Origin: a virus
Lineage: Duplodnaviria; Caudoviricetes
Direction: 5' to 3' (one strand)
DNA length: 64,000 nucleotides
IMG/VR virus record: IMGVR_UViG_3300028797_000169
Span: 1,286-65,285 of that record
Shown here one piece after another: positions 45,898 to 55,243 of the stretch. The position numbers and the translations under genes were made by a program. Position 1 is the first letter of the stretch; each line of letters starts with the position of its first letter. The notes under the pieces are model-generated. The model was not told the origin of the DNA. It searched no databases and was given only the letters and a program-made list of their open reading frames with translations.

Positions 45898-48195
45898 ATG
45901 CAACAGTCGTTGTTTGGCGATATTGTTCGCCCATCTGATAAACAATCTGATATGGCAATAGCAAAAAAGTCAAAATCAAGTAAGAAAGCGCCCACTACTG
46001 TAAAAGGTGGTGGGCTACTTGCTCGAATAGAGTTTATCCGTAAATTTGTTGAAAAGCATTTAGGTAAGTATAAAGACCAGTATCTTTGTATTAGAGACAT
46101 AGAGACCTTACATAGTTACGTGGATACTTGTATAGAAGATGGTAGACTTGCACTTGATACAGAGACAACAGGTCTTAATGTATATAGAGATAAGATTGTG
46201 GGCATAAGTTTACATTCCAAAAATAATAAGCCTGCATATATACCAATTAATCACGTTTCATATGTGACTATGGAGAGATTAGATAATCAACTTGAACCCG
46301 AGCAGATACGTCCCGAACTTGAGAGAATGTTAGACCTTGATTGTGATATGTTCAATGCGGCATTTGACCGTAGAGTAATAAGACATAATATAGGAATAGA
46401 TTTTCCATGCACTTGGGACGCCTCTATTGCGTCAAGAATGATGAATGAAAATGAGCCAAAGAGTTTAAATGGTTTAAAGCCACTTCACTCAAAATATGTG
46501 CTTAACGGACAAGAGGATGAATTTTCATTCGGCGATATATTCAATAACATAGGTTTTGATAAAGTTCCAATAGATATAGCAACACTTTATGCGGCTCACG
46601 ACTCCGTTGTAACAACTGAATTAGCAGATTTTCAGAGAAGATACCTTTATTATGAAGAGGCTGAAGATTTTAGTGCTAGGAATGGTATGAATGGGGTTGC
46701 ATGGACATTTTTCAATATAGAAATGCCGTGTATAGACTGTACTATTGAAATGGAGGAAAATGGCATTAGTCTTGACATAGAGTATCAACAAGAATTATCC
46801 GAGAAGTATCATAAAATAGAGGATGATATACTTGATAAGTTCTATGTGGAGTTAGAGCAGTATGAGCCTCAACTTGATAAGTTACGTTTAAGAGGTATAA
46901 AGATAGACACTCCAATAAACATAAATAGCCCTTCACAATTAGCCAGTCTTATTTATGATGTGCTTAATGTGGGTGTTATTGATGAAAAGAAGCCTAGAGG
47001 CACCGGTGAAGATATATTAGCACAAATAGATAATCCAATAATTAAGTTGTTAATGGAGTATCGTAAGGTCGAGAAACTTATAACCACATATATTGATAAA
47101 ATGCCTAACTGTGTTGAAAGCGATGGTAAGATACATTGTAAGTTTAATCAGTACGGAGCAGATACAGGTAGATATAGTTCTAGCGACCCAAATATGCAGA
47201 ATATTCCTTCTCATAATAAAGACATTCGTAAGATGTTTGTGGCAGATGAAGGCTATGTTCTTTTGTCCAGTGACTTCTCACAGCAAGAACCTAAGTGTTT
47301 AGCCGCTTTATGTAAACGAGACGGTGACCCACAGATGTATGATACATTTATGGCGGGCAAAGACATATATAGTGAACTTGCCAGTAAGTCTTTTCATAAG
47401 TCTTATGAGGAGTGTTTAGAGTTTAGACCTGATGGCTCTACTAATAAAGATGGTAAAGAACGTAGAGGGCAAGCAAAAATAATCCTACTTAGTGTGTTGT
47501 ACGGAAGAGGAGAAGAGAGTATTGCCGAACAACTTAATTGTAGTATAGAAGAGGCTAGGGCTATTAAAGAAAGTGTGTTTAAAGGTTTTCCTGCTATACG
47601 CAAGTTTGAAAAGGACTCACTTGACTTTGCATATTATAATGGGTATGTTACAACAGTTTGCGGACGTAAGAGAAGATTGCCTGACTTAATGCTTGATGAT
47701 TATGAGGTTAGGTGGGCAGATGAAACTGCAGGTTCTGGTGACGCATTAGACTTTGATGATTTATCAAATGAAGTGCCACAGTCAATACAAGACAAGTGGA
47801 TATATAGAATATCGAGGGCCTCGTTTAAAGACCGTAGAAAGATATTTGAGCAGGCGAACAAGCAGGACGGTGTTTGGATAGTAGACAATCGTAAGAAGAT
47901 AAGTGAGGCTACAAGACAATGTGTTAATAGTAGAATACAAGGTAGTGCCGCTGACTTAACCAAACTTGCTATGATAGAATTATTAAATAACGGAAAGTTG
48001 ACCAAATTAGGTTTTAAATTGTTGTTACAAATACACGACGAGGTAATAGGAACTTGTCCTAAGAAAAATGCAAAAGAGTGTGCAAGATTGTTAGCCGAAA
48101 CAATGTCAAAAGCGGCAGAAAAAATATTAGAAATGCCTATCAAGTGTGATGTTGAAATAACAGAATGTTGGTACGGAGAAAGTGTGACAGTATGA
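45898..48195 (+). CDS. polA: Family A DNA polymerase with 3'-5' exonuclease
   Basis: Exo DTETTG, NAAFD, YAAHD; GRYSSSDPNMQNIP; motif A DFSQQEP, motif B RGQAKIILLSVLYG, motif C QIHDE. Confidence 0.95.
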   Translation: MQQSLFGDIVRPSDKQSDMAIAKKSKSSKKAPTTVKGGGLLARIEFIRKFVEKHLGKYKDQYLCIRDIETLHSYVDTCIEDGRLALDTETTGLNVYRDKIVGISLHSKNNKPAYIPINHVSYVTMERLDNQLEPEQIRPELERMLDLDCDMFNAAFDRRVIRHNIGIDFPCTWDASIASRMMNENEPKSLNGLKPLHSKYVLNGQEDEFSFGDIFNNIGFDKVPIDIATLYAAHDSVVTTELADFQRRYLYYEEAEDFSARNGMNGVAWTFFNIEMPCIDCTIEMEENGISLDIEYQQELSEKYHKIEDDILDKFYVELEQYEPQLDKLRLRGIKIDTPININSPSQLASLIYDVLNVGVIDEKKPRGTGEDILAQIDNPIIKLLMEYRKVEKLITTYIDKMPNCVESDGKIHCKFNQYGADTGRYSSSDPNMQNIPSHNKDIRKMFVADEGYVLLSSDFSQQEPKCLAALCKRDGDPQMYDTFMAGKDIYSELASKSFHKSYEECLEFRPDGSTNKDGKERRGQAKIILLSVLYGRGEESIAEQLNCSIEEARAIKESVFKGFPAIRKFEKDSLDFAYYNGYVTTVCGRKRRLPDLMLDDYEVRWADETAGSGDALDFDDLSNEVPQSIQDKWIYRISRASFKDRRKIFEQANKQDGVWIVDNRKKISEATRQCVNSRIQGSAADLTKLAMIELLNNGKLTKLGFKLLLQIHDEVIGTCPKKNAKECARLLAETMSKAAEKILEMPIKCDVEITECWYGESVTV

Positions 48196-49067
48196 GAGAG
48201 TTTGCCATATTTATTATCACGCACAGGCGACCAGAATTACAACACACTTATTCTTCTTTATTGCGCTGTGGATATACAGGTCAGGTGTATTTTGTCCTTG
48301 ACGATACAGACGATACCATACAACAATATATAGATTTGTTTGGAGCAGATAATATCTATATCTTTAATAAAAACCACTATATTAATTCCGCAGAGTATGA
48401 TAATGGTGATTGTAAAGAAGTGTTTGCTAGTGCCGTATATGCTAGACGTGCCGTTGAGGACATTGCAGTTCATTTAGGACTAAAGTATTTTGCCGTGGCA
48501 GACGACGATATATTGGATTTTGTCATTCGCTATCCCATAAATAATAGTTTGAAAAGGTTTAAAATAACAAACTTCGATGGTATAATAGAGGCATATTTAG
48601 ATATACTAGACTGCGGTGTTGCGTGTGTTGGATTTGGAAGAGCAAATTCTTATTTTGGTGGAGCAATTGCATTTTCTCCAGAAAAAATGAATAAGAGGGT
48701 GATAGTTACAAATTTCTTCATAAGAAACGGCTCGTACAAAGTTAGTTGGCGGGCGTGGACATTTGAAGATGATATTACTGTTTTGTGTGACAGTTTATCA
48801 GGAAACCTATGGTTATCAATACCGTATGTTCAGCAAGTGCCGTCAGAGTTTACAAATGTTCGAGGTAAAGGAGGTAATGTTGAATTATATCAGAAAAATG
48901 GTAGATATGAGGGATGTTTTACTGAGGTAAAGTACATGCCATCTACCATACAGATAAAGTGCGAGGACATTAATAATATAAACAACGTAAAAACTACAAC
49001 ATTGTTACGCCATGTGGATAAATGTTATCCAAAAATACTTAGTAGTTCATATAGAAAGGAGAAATAA
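48192..49067 (+). CDS. GT-A fold glycosyltransferase 1 (TAGT/GREB1-like)
   Basis: FIITHRR, VLDD, ARRAVEDIAVHLGLKYFAVADDD, FEDD, C-terminal PKILS. Confidence 0.75.
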   Translation: MREFAIFIITHRRPELQHTYSSLLRCGYTGQVYFVLDDTDDTIQQYIDLFGADNIYIFNKNHYINSAEYDNGDCKEVFASAVYARRAVEDIAVHLGLKYFAVADDDILDFVIRYPINNSLKRFKITNFDGIIEAYLDILDCGVACVGFGRANSYFGGAIAFSPEKMNKRVIVTNFFIRNGSYKVSWRAWTFEDDITVLCDSLSGNLWLSIPYVQQVPSEFTNVRGKGGNVELYQKNGRYEGCFTEVKYMPSTIQIKCEDINNINNVKTTTLLRHVDKCYPKILSSSYRKEK

Positions 49068-49068
49068 T

Positions 49069-49455
49069 ATGCAGACACAGTATGAACTTTTTGGAAAACC
49101 TGAGGTTAATGATAACTCTCATTATACAAAGAAAATTCAGGTGCCACAATATTTGCCATCAGAGGTTGAACCAAAACCCTTTGAATTAGTGGATAAGTCA
49201 CGTTACACAAAGTTAATGGCAAGCATAAACACAGCCAACATATCAGATGAGGACAAAGAGTTTTTAAAGTTGGCTGCAACTCGACACCTGGTGTTTAATT
49301 ATGCAAAAATTGCGGATTACTATGCTCACGCCGATAAAACAGTTCAGGAGTTAATGGAACAGTCCGCTTTAGTTATTATTGATGTTGACGACGCCATAGC
49401 AAATGGATATGTTAGATTAAGTTCCACAATGAAAAAGATAATAGAAGGTAAATAA
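49069..49455 (+). CDS. Small glycosyltransferase-associated protein
   Basis: YTKKIQVPQY...EFLKLAATRHLVFNYAKIADYYAHA...LMEQSALVIIDVDDAIANGYV; N-terminal QYELF. Confidence 0.8.
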   Translation: MQTQYELFGKPEVNDNSHYTKKIQVPQYLPSEVEPKPFELVDKSRYTKLMASINTANISDEDKEFLKLAATRHLVFNYAKIADYYAHADKTVQELMEQSALVIIDVDDAIANGYVRLSSTMKKIIEGK

Positions 49456-50309
49456 TGATGCGTTCAGATTTTGCGGTGTTTGTGTTAAGTCATGGAAGAG
49501 CCAGCACATTAAAAACCATTCCAACCCTGCTAAGTAAAAACTACACAGGTCGATGGTATATAATTGTAGATGATGAGGACAATCAAATAAACGAGTATAT
49601 TCAAGTTTGGGGAGAAGAACATATTATAGTCTTTAATAAGAGGGAAGTCGGTAAAACATTTGATATAATGGACAATTTTACTGGCAGACAGGTGCCCACA
49701 TTTGCTAGAAATGCCGTATATGATATTGCTAAGAAACTAGGTTTAAAATATTTTTTTGAGGCAGATGATGATTTAGTAAATTTTAGATTTAGGGTTGTTG
49801 ACGATACTGGCTCGTTAAAAACAGTTTATATACAAAATATGGATGAAGTAATTACTGCCTACTTAGAATATATGGATAGTGCGCCAATTGATATTTTAGC
49901 ATTCGGACAAACTGGCGATTTAATAGGAGGAAAACAATCTAAATTATTTTCCAAGATATTTCTTAGAAAAGCCATGCAGGGTTTTTTTGTTAGGGTATCA
50001 AATCCAATACAGTATGTGGGCAGATTTAATGATGATGTTAATGCCTATGTACACGCAGGAAAAGTAGGATATTTGTTGATAACTTTTCGTGACGCTATAA
50101 TGGACACATTGCCTACCCAAGTAAATAAGGGAGGCATTACTGAGAATTATTTAAAGTATGGTACATATGTTAAGTCTTTTTATTCGGTTATGTTAGAACC
50201 AAGTGCAGTATCAATAGATGTTATGGGGGACGGTAATTATCGAATACACCATAGTATTTCTTGGAATAATGCGGTACCAAAGATAATAAGCGATAAATAT
50301 AAAAAATAG
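49455..50309 (+). CDS. GT-A fold glycosyltransferase 2 (TAGT/GREB1-like), paralogue of GT1
   Basis: FVLSHGRA, IVDDED, ARNAVYDIAKKLGLKYFFEADDD, GRFNDDVNAY, NKGGITE, PKIISDKYKK. Confidence 0.8.
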   Translation: MMRSDFAVFVLSHGRASTLKTIPTLLSKNYTGRWYIIVDDEDNQINEYIQVWGEEHIIVFNKREVGKTFDIMDNFTGRQVPTFARNAVYDIAKKLGLKYFFEADDDLVNFRFRVVDDTGSLKTVYIQNMDEVITAYLEYMDSAPIDILAFGQTGDLIGGKQSKLFSKIFLRKAMQGFFVRVSNPIQYVGRFNDDVNAYVHAGKVGYLLITFRDAIMDTLPTQVNKGGITENYLKYGTYVKSFYSVMLEPSAVSIDVMGDGNYRIHHSISWNNAVPKIISDKYKK

Positions 50310-50323
50310 GAGGACAAATATTT

Positions 50324-51064
50324 ATGAAAATAGGATTATTTCCAATGGTTGCAGATGTTATGCACGCTGGACACATACTTGCTATGAAAGAGGCAAAGGA
50401 ACACTGTGATTATTTGATTGTGGCACTATACTGTTTGCCAAAAAGAAAGCCAAACATTGTTCAAAGTATTTTTGAGAGATATACCCAATTAAGTGCGGTT
50501 AAGTATGTGGATGAAGTAATACCGTACGAAGATGAGGCAGATGCGCACAGGGTGATACTTTCATTAAAATTTGATGTGTACTTTTTAGGTTCAGATTATA
50601 TAAATAAGCCGTTTGAGGGAAAAGAGTTACTTAAAAATCTTGGTAAAGAAGTTTATTATTTGTCAAGAAACCACACAATGAGTAGCACAAAATTAAAATC
50701 AGATATTATAGGTGGTAATGTTCAAAAATCTGCCTCGGATCCTAAGGTTATTGCTGTTGATTTTGATGGTTGTATTTGCAAGTTTGCCTGGCCAGATATT
50801 GGTGAGCCTAACTTAGAAGTTATTGAGGCGCTAAAAGAAGAAAAACGTAATGGCACAAAAATAATCTTGTGGTCTTGTAGGTGTGGTGAGTTATTAGATG
50901 AGGCTATTAAGGCATGCTCTAATTGGGGCATAAGTTTTGACGCAGTTAATGAAAATATTCCAGAGAGATTAATACGATACGGATATTCAGAGTCAAGAAA
51001 AATAAGTGCCGATGAGTATTGGGATGATTTAGCCGTAATAAAGGGAAAAACAGAAAGTGTTTGA
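50324..51064 (+). CDS. Cytidylyltransferase (TagD-like) fused to a HAD-family phosphatase
   Basis: DVMHAGH (HxGH), VDEVIPY, GSDY, RNHTMSST; then IAVDFDGCI, ILWSCR, ADEYWDD. Confidence 0.85.
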   Translation: MKIGLFPMVADVMHAGHILAMKEAKEHCDYLIVALYCLPKRKPNIVQSIFERYTQLSAVKYVDEVIPYEDEADAHRVILSLKFDVYFLGSDYINKPFEGKELLKNLGKEVYYLSRNHTMSSTKLKSDIIGGNVQKSASDPKVIAVDFDGCICKFAWPDIGEPNLEVIEALKEEKRNGTKIILWSCRCGELLDEAIKACSNWGISFDAVNENIPERLIRYGYSESRKISADEYWDDLAVIKGKTESV

Positions 51065-51089
51065 AAACCAAATAATTGTGTAGTATAAT
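51061..51089 (+). promoter_or_regulatory. Sigma-A promoter for the sliding clamp gene
   Basis: TTGAAA-17-TATAAT. Confidence 0.65.
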
Positions 51090-51121
51090 ATTAATACATT
51101 TATAAATAGGAGGCATAAATT

Positions 51122-52249
51122 ATGAGATTTAGTATTAATGCAAAAACAATGTTGGACCTGGTGTCTGATGTATCAAAAGGAGTAGGTAACAATAAACTTC
51201 TTCCTATTACTAGTATGATAGGCATTAAGTATCTGGGTAATGTTGTAGCCCTGTCAAGTTTTGACGGTTCTAACTTATTGAGAGTTAAAGCGATTGCCAG
51301 TGGACAAGATATTGAAGATGGTGAGGTTACTGTAAATGCAGATATGTTTATAGGACTTATTTCCAAGTTATCTGACTGCTCCTTGATTTCATTTGAAACG
51401 GACAAAGAAAGACCTATTCTTAATGTACTTGCATATCAAGGTGTAAAGAGTGTAGGTTCTTATAAACTTGAGTTACCGCTTAATGAAGATGGTGAAGTAA
51501 TTAAATATCTTGACCTTGACAGTAAAATAGGTGATAAGAGTAACGCGGTTGTTTGTGAGTTGCTCATAGACACCATTAAAGATATGATTGCAAGTTGTAA
51601 GCCTGCACTTGCTACTGATGTCGCCGAAAGTTGTTACACGAACTATCTTGTTTCCGAAAAGATTATTTCAACAGACAGAACAAGGGCGGTATTCTTAGAT
51701 AATGCAAGTTTCAAGGAAGGTGATAAGCATTATCTTTTAGGCAGACAGTTCGTAGACCTGTTGACATTGACAGGACCTAGTGTTGAATTGTATTTCTTTG
51801 ATGACCACATTTACGCAACAGATGAATGGGGCACCGAAATAGTGACAAGCAGTAACGGAGCACTCAATGAGTTTGATGAAGCGGCTACGGAGAAGATGTT
51901 GAAAATTGATTTTCCGTCTATGTGTAAGGTTAAGAAGTCTGAATTGCTTAATACCTTAAATCGTATGTCCTTATTCTGTTCAAAGTATGATAATAATAGC
52001 ATTGATATATCCTTTGATGATACCTCAATGAAGATTAGTTCCTTGAAGAACAGCGCGGTTGAAAGTATAGACTATACAGAGTTTATGAAGGTATCTCCAT
52101 TTGACATAAGGATTGATGTAACACTTCTTTTGCCGCATATTAAGTCTTATGCGTCAGATATTGTGGAGTTGCATTTTGGAAACAAAATGTGTATAAAGTT
52201 AGTAGATGGTTCGGTTACTCACATTATTGCGTTAATAACCAAATCATAA
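51122..52249 (+). CDS. dnaN: DNA polymerase III beta-like sliding clamp
   Basis: 375 aa (beta-clamp size); LPITSMIGI, ISTDRTRA, ELLNTLNRMSLF, IELHF; three-domain spacing. Confidence 0.8.
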   Translation: MRFSINAKTMLDLVSDVSKGVGNNKLLPITSMIGIKYLGNVVALSSFDGSNLLRVKAIASGQDIEDGEVTVNADMFIGLISKLSDCSLISFETDKERPILNVLAYQGVKSVGSYKLELPLNEDGEVIKYLDLDSKIGDKSNAVVCELLIDTIKDMIASCKPALATDVAESCYTNYLVSEKIISTDRTRAVFLDNASFKEGDKHYLLGRQFVDLLTLTGPSVELYFFDDHIYATDEWGTEIVTSSNGALNEFDEAATEKMLKIDFPSMCKVKKSELLNTLNRMSLFCSKYDNNSIDISFDDTSMKISSLKNSAVESIDYTEFMKVSPFDIRIDVTLLLPHIKSYASDIVELHFGNKMCIKLVDGSVTHIIALITKS

Positions 52250-52272
52250 TTCATAATTATACCTCTTATATG

Positions 52273-52309
52273 AAGTAGTACGGCATTGTAATAGTGCCGT
52301 ACTACTTTT
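52273..52309 (+). terminator. Rho-independent terminator
   Basis: AAGTAGTACGGCA / TGCCGTACTACTT followed by T. Confidence 0.85.
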
Positions 52310-52321
52310 ATGAAAAAGTTA

Positions 52322-52393
52322 TTGACAATGTATGAATGATGTTGTATAATGTTTACAGTAGTGAAGATGTACTACAACAAATCAGATAGGAGG
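52322..52393 (+). promoter_or_regulatory. Sigma-A promoter with conserved early-type leader
   Basis: TTGACA-17-TATAAT-GTTTACAGTA, hairpin GTAGT/ACTAC, AAATCA, AGGAGG. Confidence 0.85.
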
Positions 52394-52397
52394 TTAA

Positions 52398-52982
52398 GTG
52401 ATGTTATCTCTAATGACAGAGCATAAAGGTAAAGTCGAAATTAACGGCACTATGTATGATGATATTTCAAGCGCAATAAACACGTTTAAATCGTCAGGCG
52501 GTTCTGTATGTATTAGATTATTATCTAAGCACGACAACGCAAGAGAACGCGAAATAGACGCACTAGAGCGCAAGGAAATACATAAGATAACAGTCAAAGC
52601 ATATATGACACGTCCTGCGACAGTTGATTTTGACTTTATGCTTAGGATGAACAAAGATGTACCAATGCCGTATCGCACAATGATTGGTACAATAGAAAAA
52701 GAGACTCCTGGAATGTATTATATGAAACTTCACGCCGACATCACAGAGGAAAGAACAATGAGGTGTATGTGCTGTGGAAGAACATTAACAAATCCAGTAT
52801 CACAGTATTTTGGAATAGGTCCTGAGTGCGGAGGACATAACTACGTTAACCCGTTCTACTCAAAAGAAGAATTACAGGCCGCGGTTGCAGAATATAGGAA
52901 GCAACTTCGTAACGTGACTTGGGATGGTTGGGTTATTAAGAGTGCTATAACAGAGGATGAAATTTTAAAGGAGGAATTTTAA
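52398..52982 (+). CDS. Zinc-finger protein (DUF6011-like motif)
   Basis: CMCCGRTLTNPVSQYFGIGPECG. Confidence 0.7.
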   Translation: MMLSLMTEHKGKVEINGTMYDDISSAINTFKSSGGSVCIRLLSKHDNAREREIDALERKEIHKITVKAYMTRPATVDFDFMLRMNKDVPMPYRTMIGTIEKETPGMYYMKLHADITEERTMRCMCCGRTLTNPVSQYFGIGPECGGHNYVNPFYSKEELQAAVAEYRKQLRNVTWDGWVIKSAITEDEILKEEF

Positions 52983-53228
52983 ATGGCAAAAGAAGTTACA
53001 GGAAAAATCGTATCAAAAGTCACATCCGCGGAAGAGCAGATGTTGGGGTGCGCTAAAGCACTTCAGGAGGCCATGTTGAAGGTAGATACTAACGGAGTAA
53101 TCGCCTGTTTCACAATGACACTGGTTAACTATTGCAGAGAGGCAAAGGTTAATCCGATAGCAGTATCACAAATTATTCACGAGGCTATCGAAGACCATAT
53201 TGAAGAAATAAAGAGAGGAGAAGTTTGA
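52983..53228 (+). CDS. Hypothetical protein
   Basis: 81 aa, RBS AGGAGG. Confidence 0.7.
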   Translation: MAKEVTGKIVSKVTSAEEQMLGCAKALQEAMLKVDTNGVIACFTMTLVNYCREAKVNPIAVSQIIHEAIEDHIEEIKRGEV

Positions 53229-53431
53229 TTATGGAGTATAACGAAATTAGAAAGCCATTAGAAGAATTAACAATAAAGCACGGAAAGGACGGTAGTGTGG
53301 CAGCATTTCATGCTACACTTTGCACTTTGATACACGGTTTTTGTGAAATCACAGGCTGTGATGCAGTTGATATTTCTGGACAGGTATTCGCAGAATTTCT
53401 TACAGATAGGGCGTCTAATAAGGAGGAGTAA
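53225..53431 (+). CDS. Hypothetical protein
   Basis: 68 aa, coupled. Confidence 0.6.
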   Translation: MIMEYNEIRKPLEELTIKHGKDGSVAAFHATLCTLIHGFCEITGCDAVDISGQVFAEFLTDRASNKEE

Positions 53432-53433
53432 TT

Positions 53434-53667
53434 ATGTTGACAGATAATCAGAAAGAAGGTCTTATGAAGATACATAAGTTGACAAACCTTCTGGCAGAGA
53501 ACCAATTAGATATTGACTTATACACAAACATAGTCAAGAGACTTATGGACATTATGGTAGACTTCACAGGGCCTGAAGGGCTTGTGTATAGTGCCAATAT
53601 TGAACGTAAGTATCTTCAGGAGAGAGGTATTCTTGACGAGAATGGAAACGTCATAGAAGGATGGTAG
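53434..53667 (+). CDS. Hypothetical protein
   Basis: 77 aa, RBS AGGAGG. Confidence 0.65.
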   Translation: MLTDNQKEGLMKIHKLTNLLAENQLDIDLYTNIVKRLMDIMVDFTGPEGLVYSANIERKYLQERGILDENGNVIEGW

Positions 53668-53671
53668 ACCG

Positions 53672-53827
53672 ATGTATAAGTGCTATTGTTGTAAACAGGA
53701 ATTTGACGAGCCTGCTGTTCATACTGAATATCACGGAGAAGTAGATTATAGTGAGCATTGGCATTGTTGCCCATACTGTGGAGAGGCAGACTTTGAAGAA
53801 GTAGAGGAAGAAGATGGCGACCTGTAA
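53672..53827 (+). CDS. 51-aa zinc-ribbon protein
   Basis: MYKCYCCKQEFDEP...CCPYCG. Confidence 0.6.
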   Translation: MYKCYCCKQEFDEPAVHTEYHGEVDYSEHWHCCPYCGEADFEEVEEEDGDL

Positions 53828-54108
53828 AGAAAAGAAGGAAGATAATGGAATAATCTTCTGTGGTAAAACTAAACTTTCTTGCGCGTTAAGACAACAACAA
53901 GGAACGTGCCCTTTAAAGAAAGGAGAAAAGAAAGGAAGATAAAGTATGGTTGAGATAATTTTAATATCAGTAGTGGTAGCAGTTGTTGGTTCATTCTTTT
54001 TTATTCTTTGGAAGGATGGAAAAAATGATAAGTAGTCAATTACGTCATTTGGTTCAAAATGATGTAATTGAGTAATAAATGATGTAATTAAAAAGTGAGG
54101 AGTGATTT

Positions 54109-54345
54109 ATGAAAAGGATTAACCTTGATGAAATAAATCTTGCCATTGAGAGCGTGCATATACTGGGTGATACAATTATCATTCGATGGAGTTCAGATAT
54201 TGGTTTCGGAGAATATGTAATACATCAGTTTGGAAAAACCCAAAAGTTTTTTGCTGAAAGTGAGTGTATAGACAACAATGAAGATAAGGCATTTGGCACT
54301 AAACTTCTAGCATTGTGGATGAAGCAGATAAAGGTAGTAGGCTAG
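54109..54345 (+). CDS. Hypothetical protein
   Basis: 78 aa, RBS GAGGAG. Confidence 0.65.
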   Translation: MKRINLDEINLAIESVHILGDTIIIRWSSDIGFGEYVIHQFGKTQKFFAESECIDNNEDKAFGTKLLALWMKQIKVVG

Positions 54346-54439
54346 TTGGAGGTAATATTATGGAATGGGCTTTAACATTCTTTGCAGGTTGGCTTGCTTG
54401 TATGATTTATGAAGGTATTAAAAGAAGAGGTGATAAAGA

Positions 54440-54799
54440 ATGAAGTATATAATTGACATTCCCGAACACATACGCTGGAACGCAAAAAACAATCTTTTGT
54501 TAGGTGGCGATTTGCCGTCATTGAACAAGATTATTGGAAACGGCACGCCATACAACGACACAGGCGACTTGATAAGCCGTGAGGCGTTGAAAAAGGATTT
54601 GAATAGACCTTTTATTGAAGATTGGGAATATAAAGCAATATGTAACATTATCGACAATGCCCCGACAGTTGATATTACGGAAGATAAGATTAAACTTGCC
54701 GAAGAACTAGGACAGGAAATGGCAGACGACTTAGAATTTGCCTATAACAACGGATATAAGCAGGGACAGATTGACGCAAGGCAAGAAGAGGAGGAATAA
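54440..54799 (+). CDS. Phage hypothetical protein (DLISREA...NAPTV motif)
   Basis: GDLISREALKK...IIDNAPTVD. Confidence 0.65.
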   Translation: MKYIIDIPEHIRWNAKNNLLLGGDLPSLNKIIGNGTPYNDTGDLISREALKKDLNRPFIEDWEYKAICNIIDNAPTVDITEDKIKLAEELGQEMADDLEFAYNNGYKQGQIDARQEEEE

Positions 54800-54800
54800 T

Positions 54801-55220
54801 ATGGCTTATTGCGATTATGGTGCTTTTGTTTACAAGAACGGTGAACGTCGCAAAGATAAAGAAGATGTTCCATTGTTTAAACCCAATGAAGGGACTTTTA
54901 AAAGTAACGAAATTCTTATAGATTGGATAGACCATATCCATCATGGAATTTTGGGTGATGGAAACATTCGTGTTCTTTGCCACAAACAAGGTCTTCCTGA
55001 AATCTACGAACTCACCGAAGACGGAATCAAAGAGATTTCGTATAAAACCGACGAAATGGATTGGTGGGATTATGGTGAAGTTGAGTTTGAGTACAATGAC
55101 TACAAGTTCAGATTTACTTCAGGATACAACACTAATAATCCTTATGTTGCAGAAATGATTGAACCTGATGGTACTGTATGGAAGTGTGAATACGATTACG
55201 GTTATGGAGTAGAATTCTAA
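54801..55220 (+). CDS. Hypothetical protein
   Basis: MAYCDYGAFVYKNGERR; RBS GAGGAGG. Confidence 0.7.
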   Translation: MAYCDYGAFVYKNGERRKDKEDVPLFKPNEGTFKSNEILIDWIDHIHHGILGDGNIRVLCHKQGLPEIYELTEDGIKEISYKTDEMDWWDYGEVEFEYNDYKFRFTSGYNTNNPYVAEMIEPDGTVWKCEYDYGYGVEF

Positions 55221-55243
55221 TTGAGGAGGAATCTAAAAGACAA

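Noticed and set aside
16126-48195. Introns or inteins in terL, helicases or polA
   Set aside because: All are continuous ORFs of expected size with no intein termini or homing-endonuclease motifs; the PolA insert is only about 60 aa
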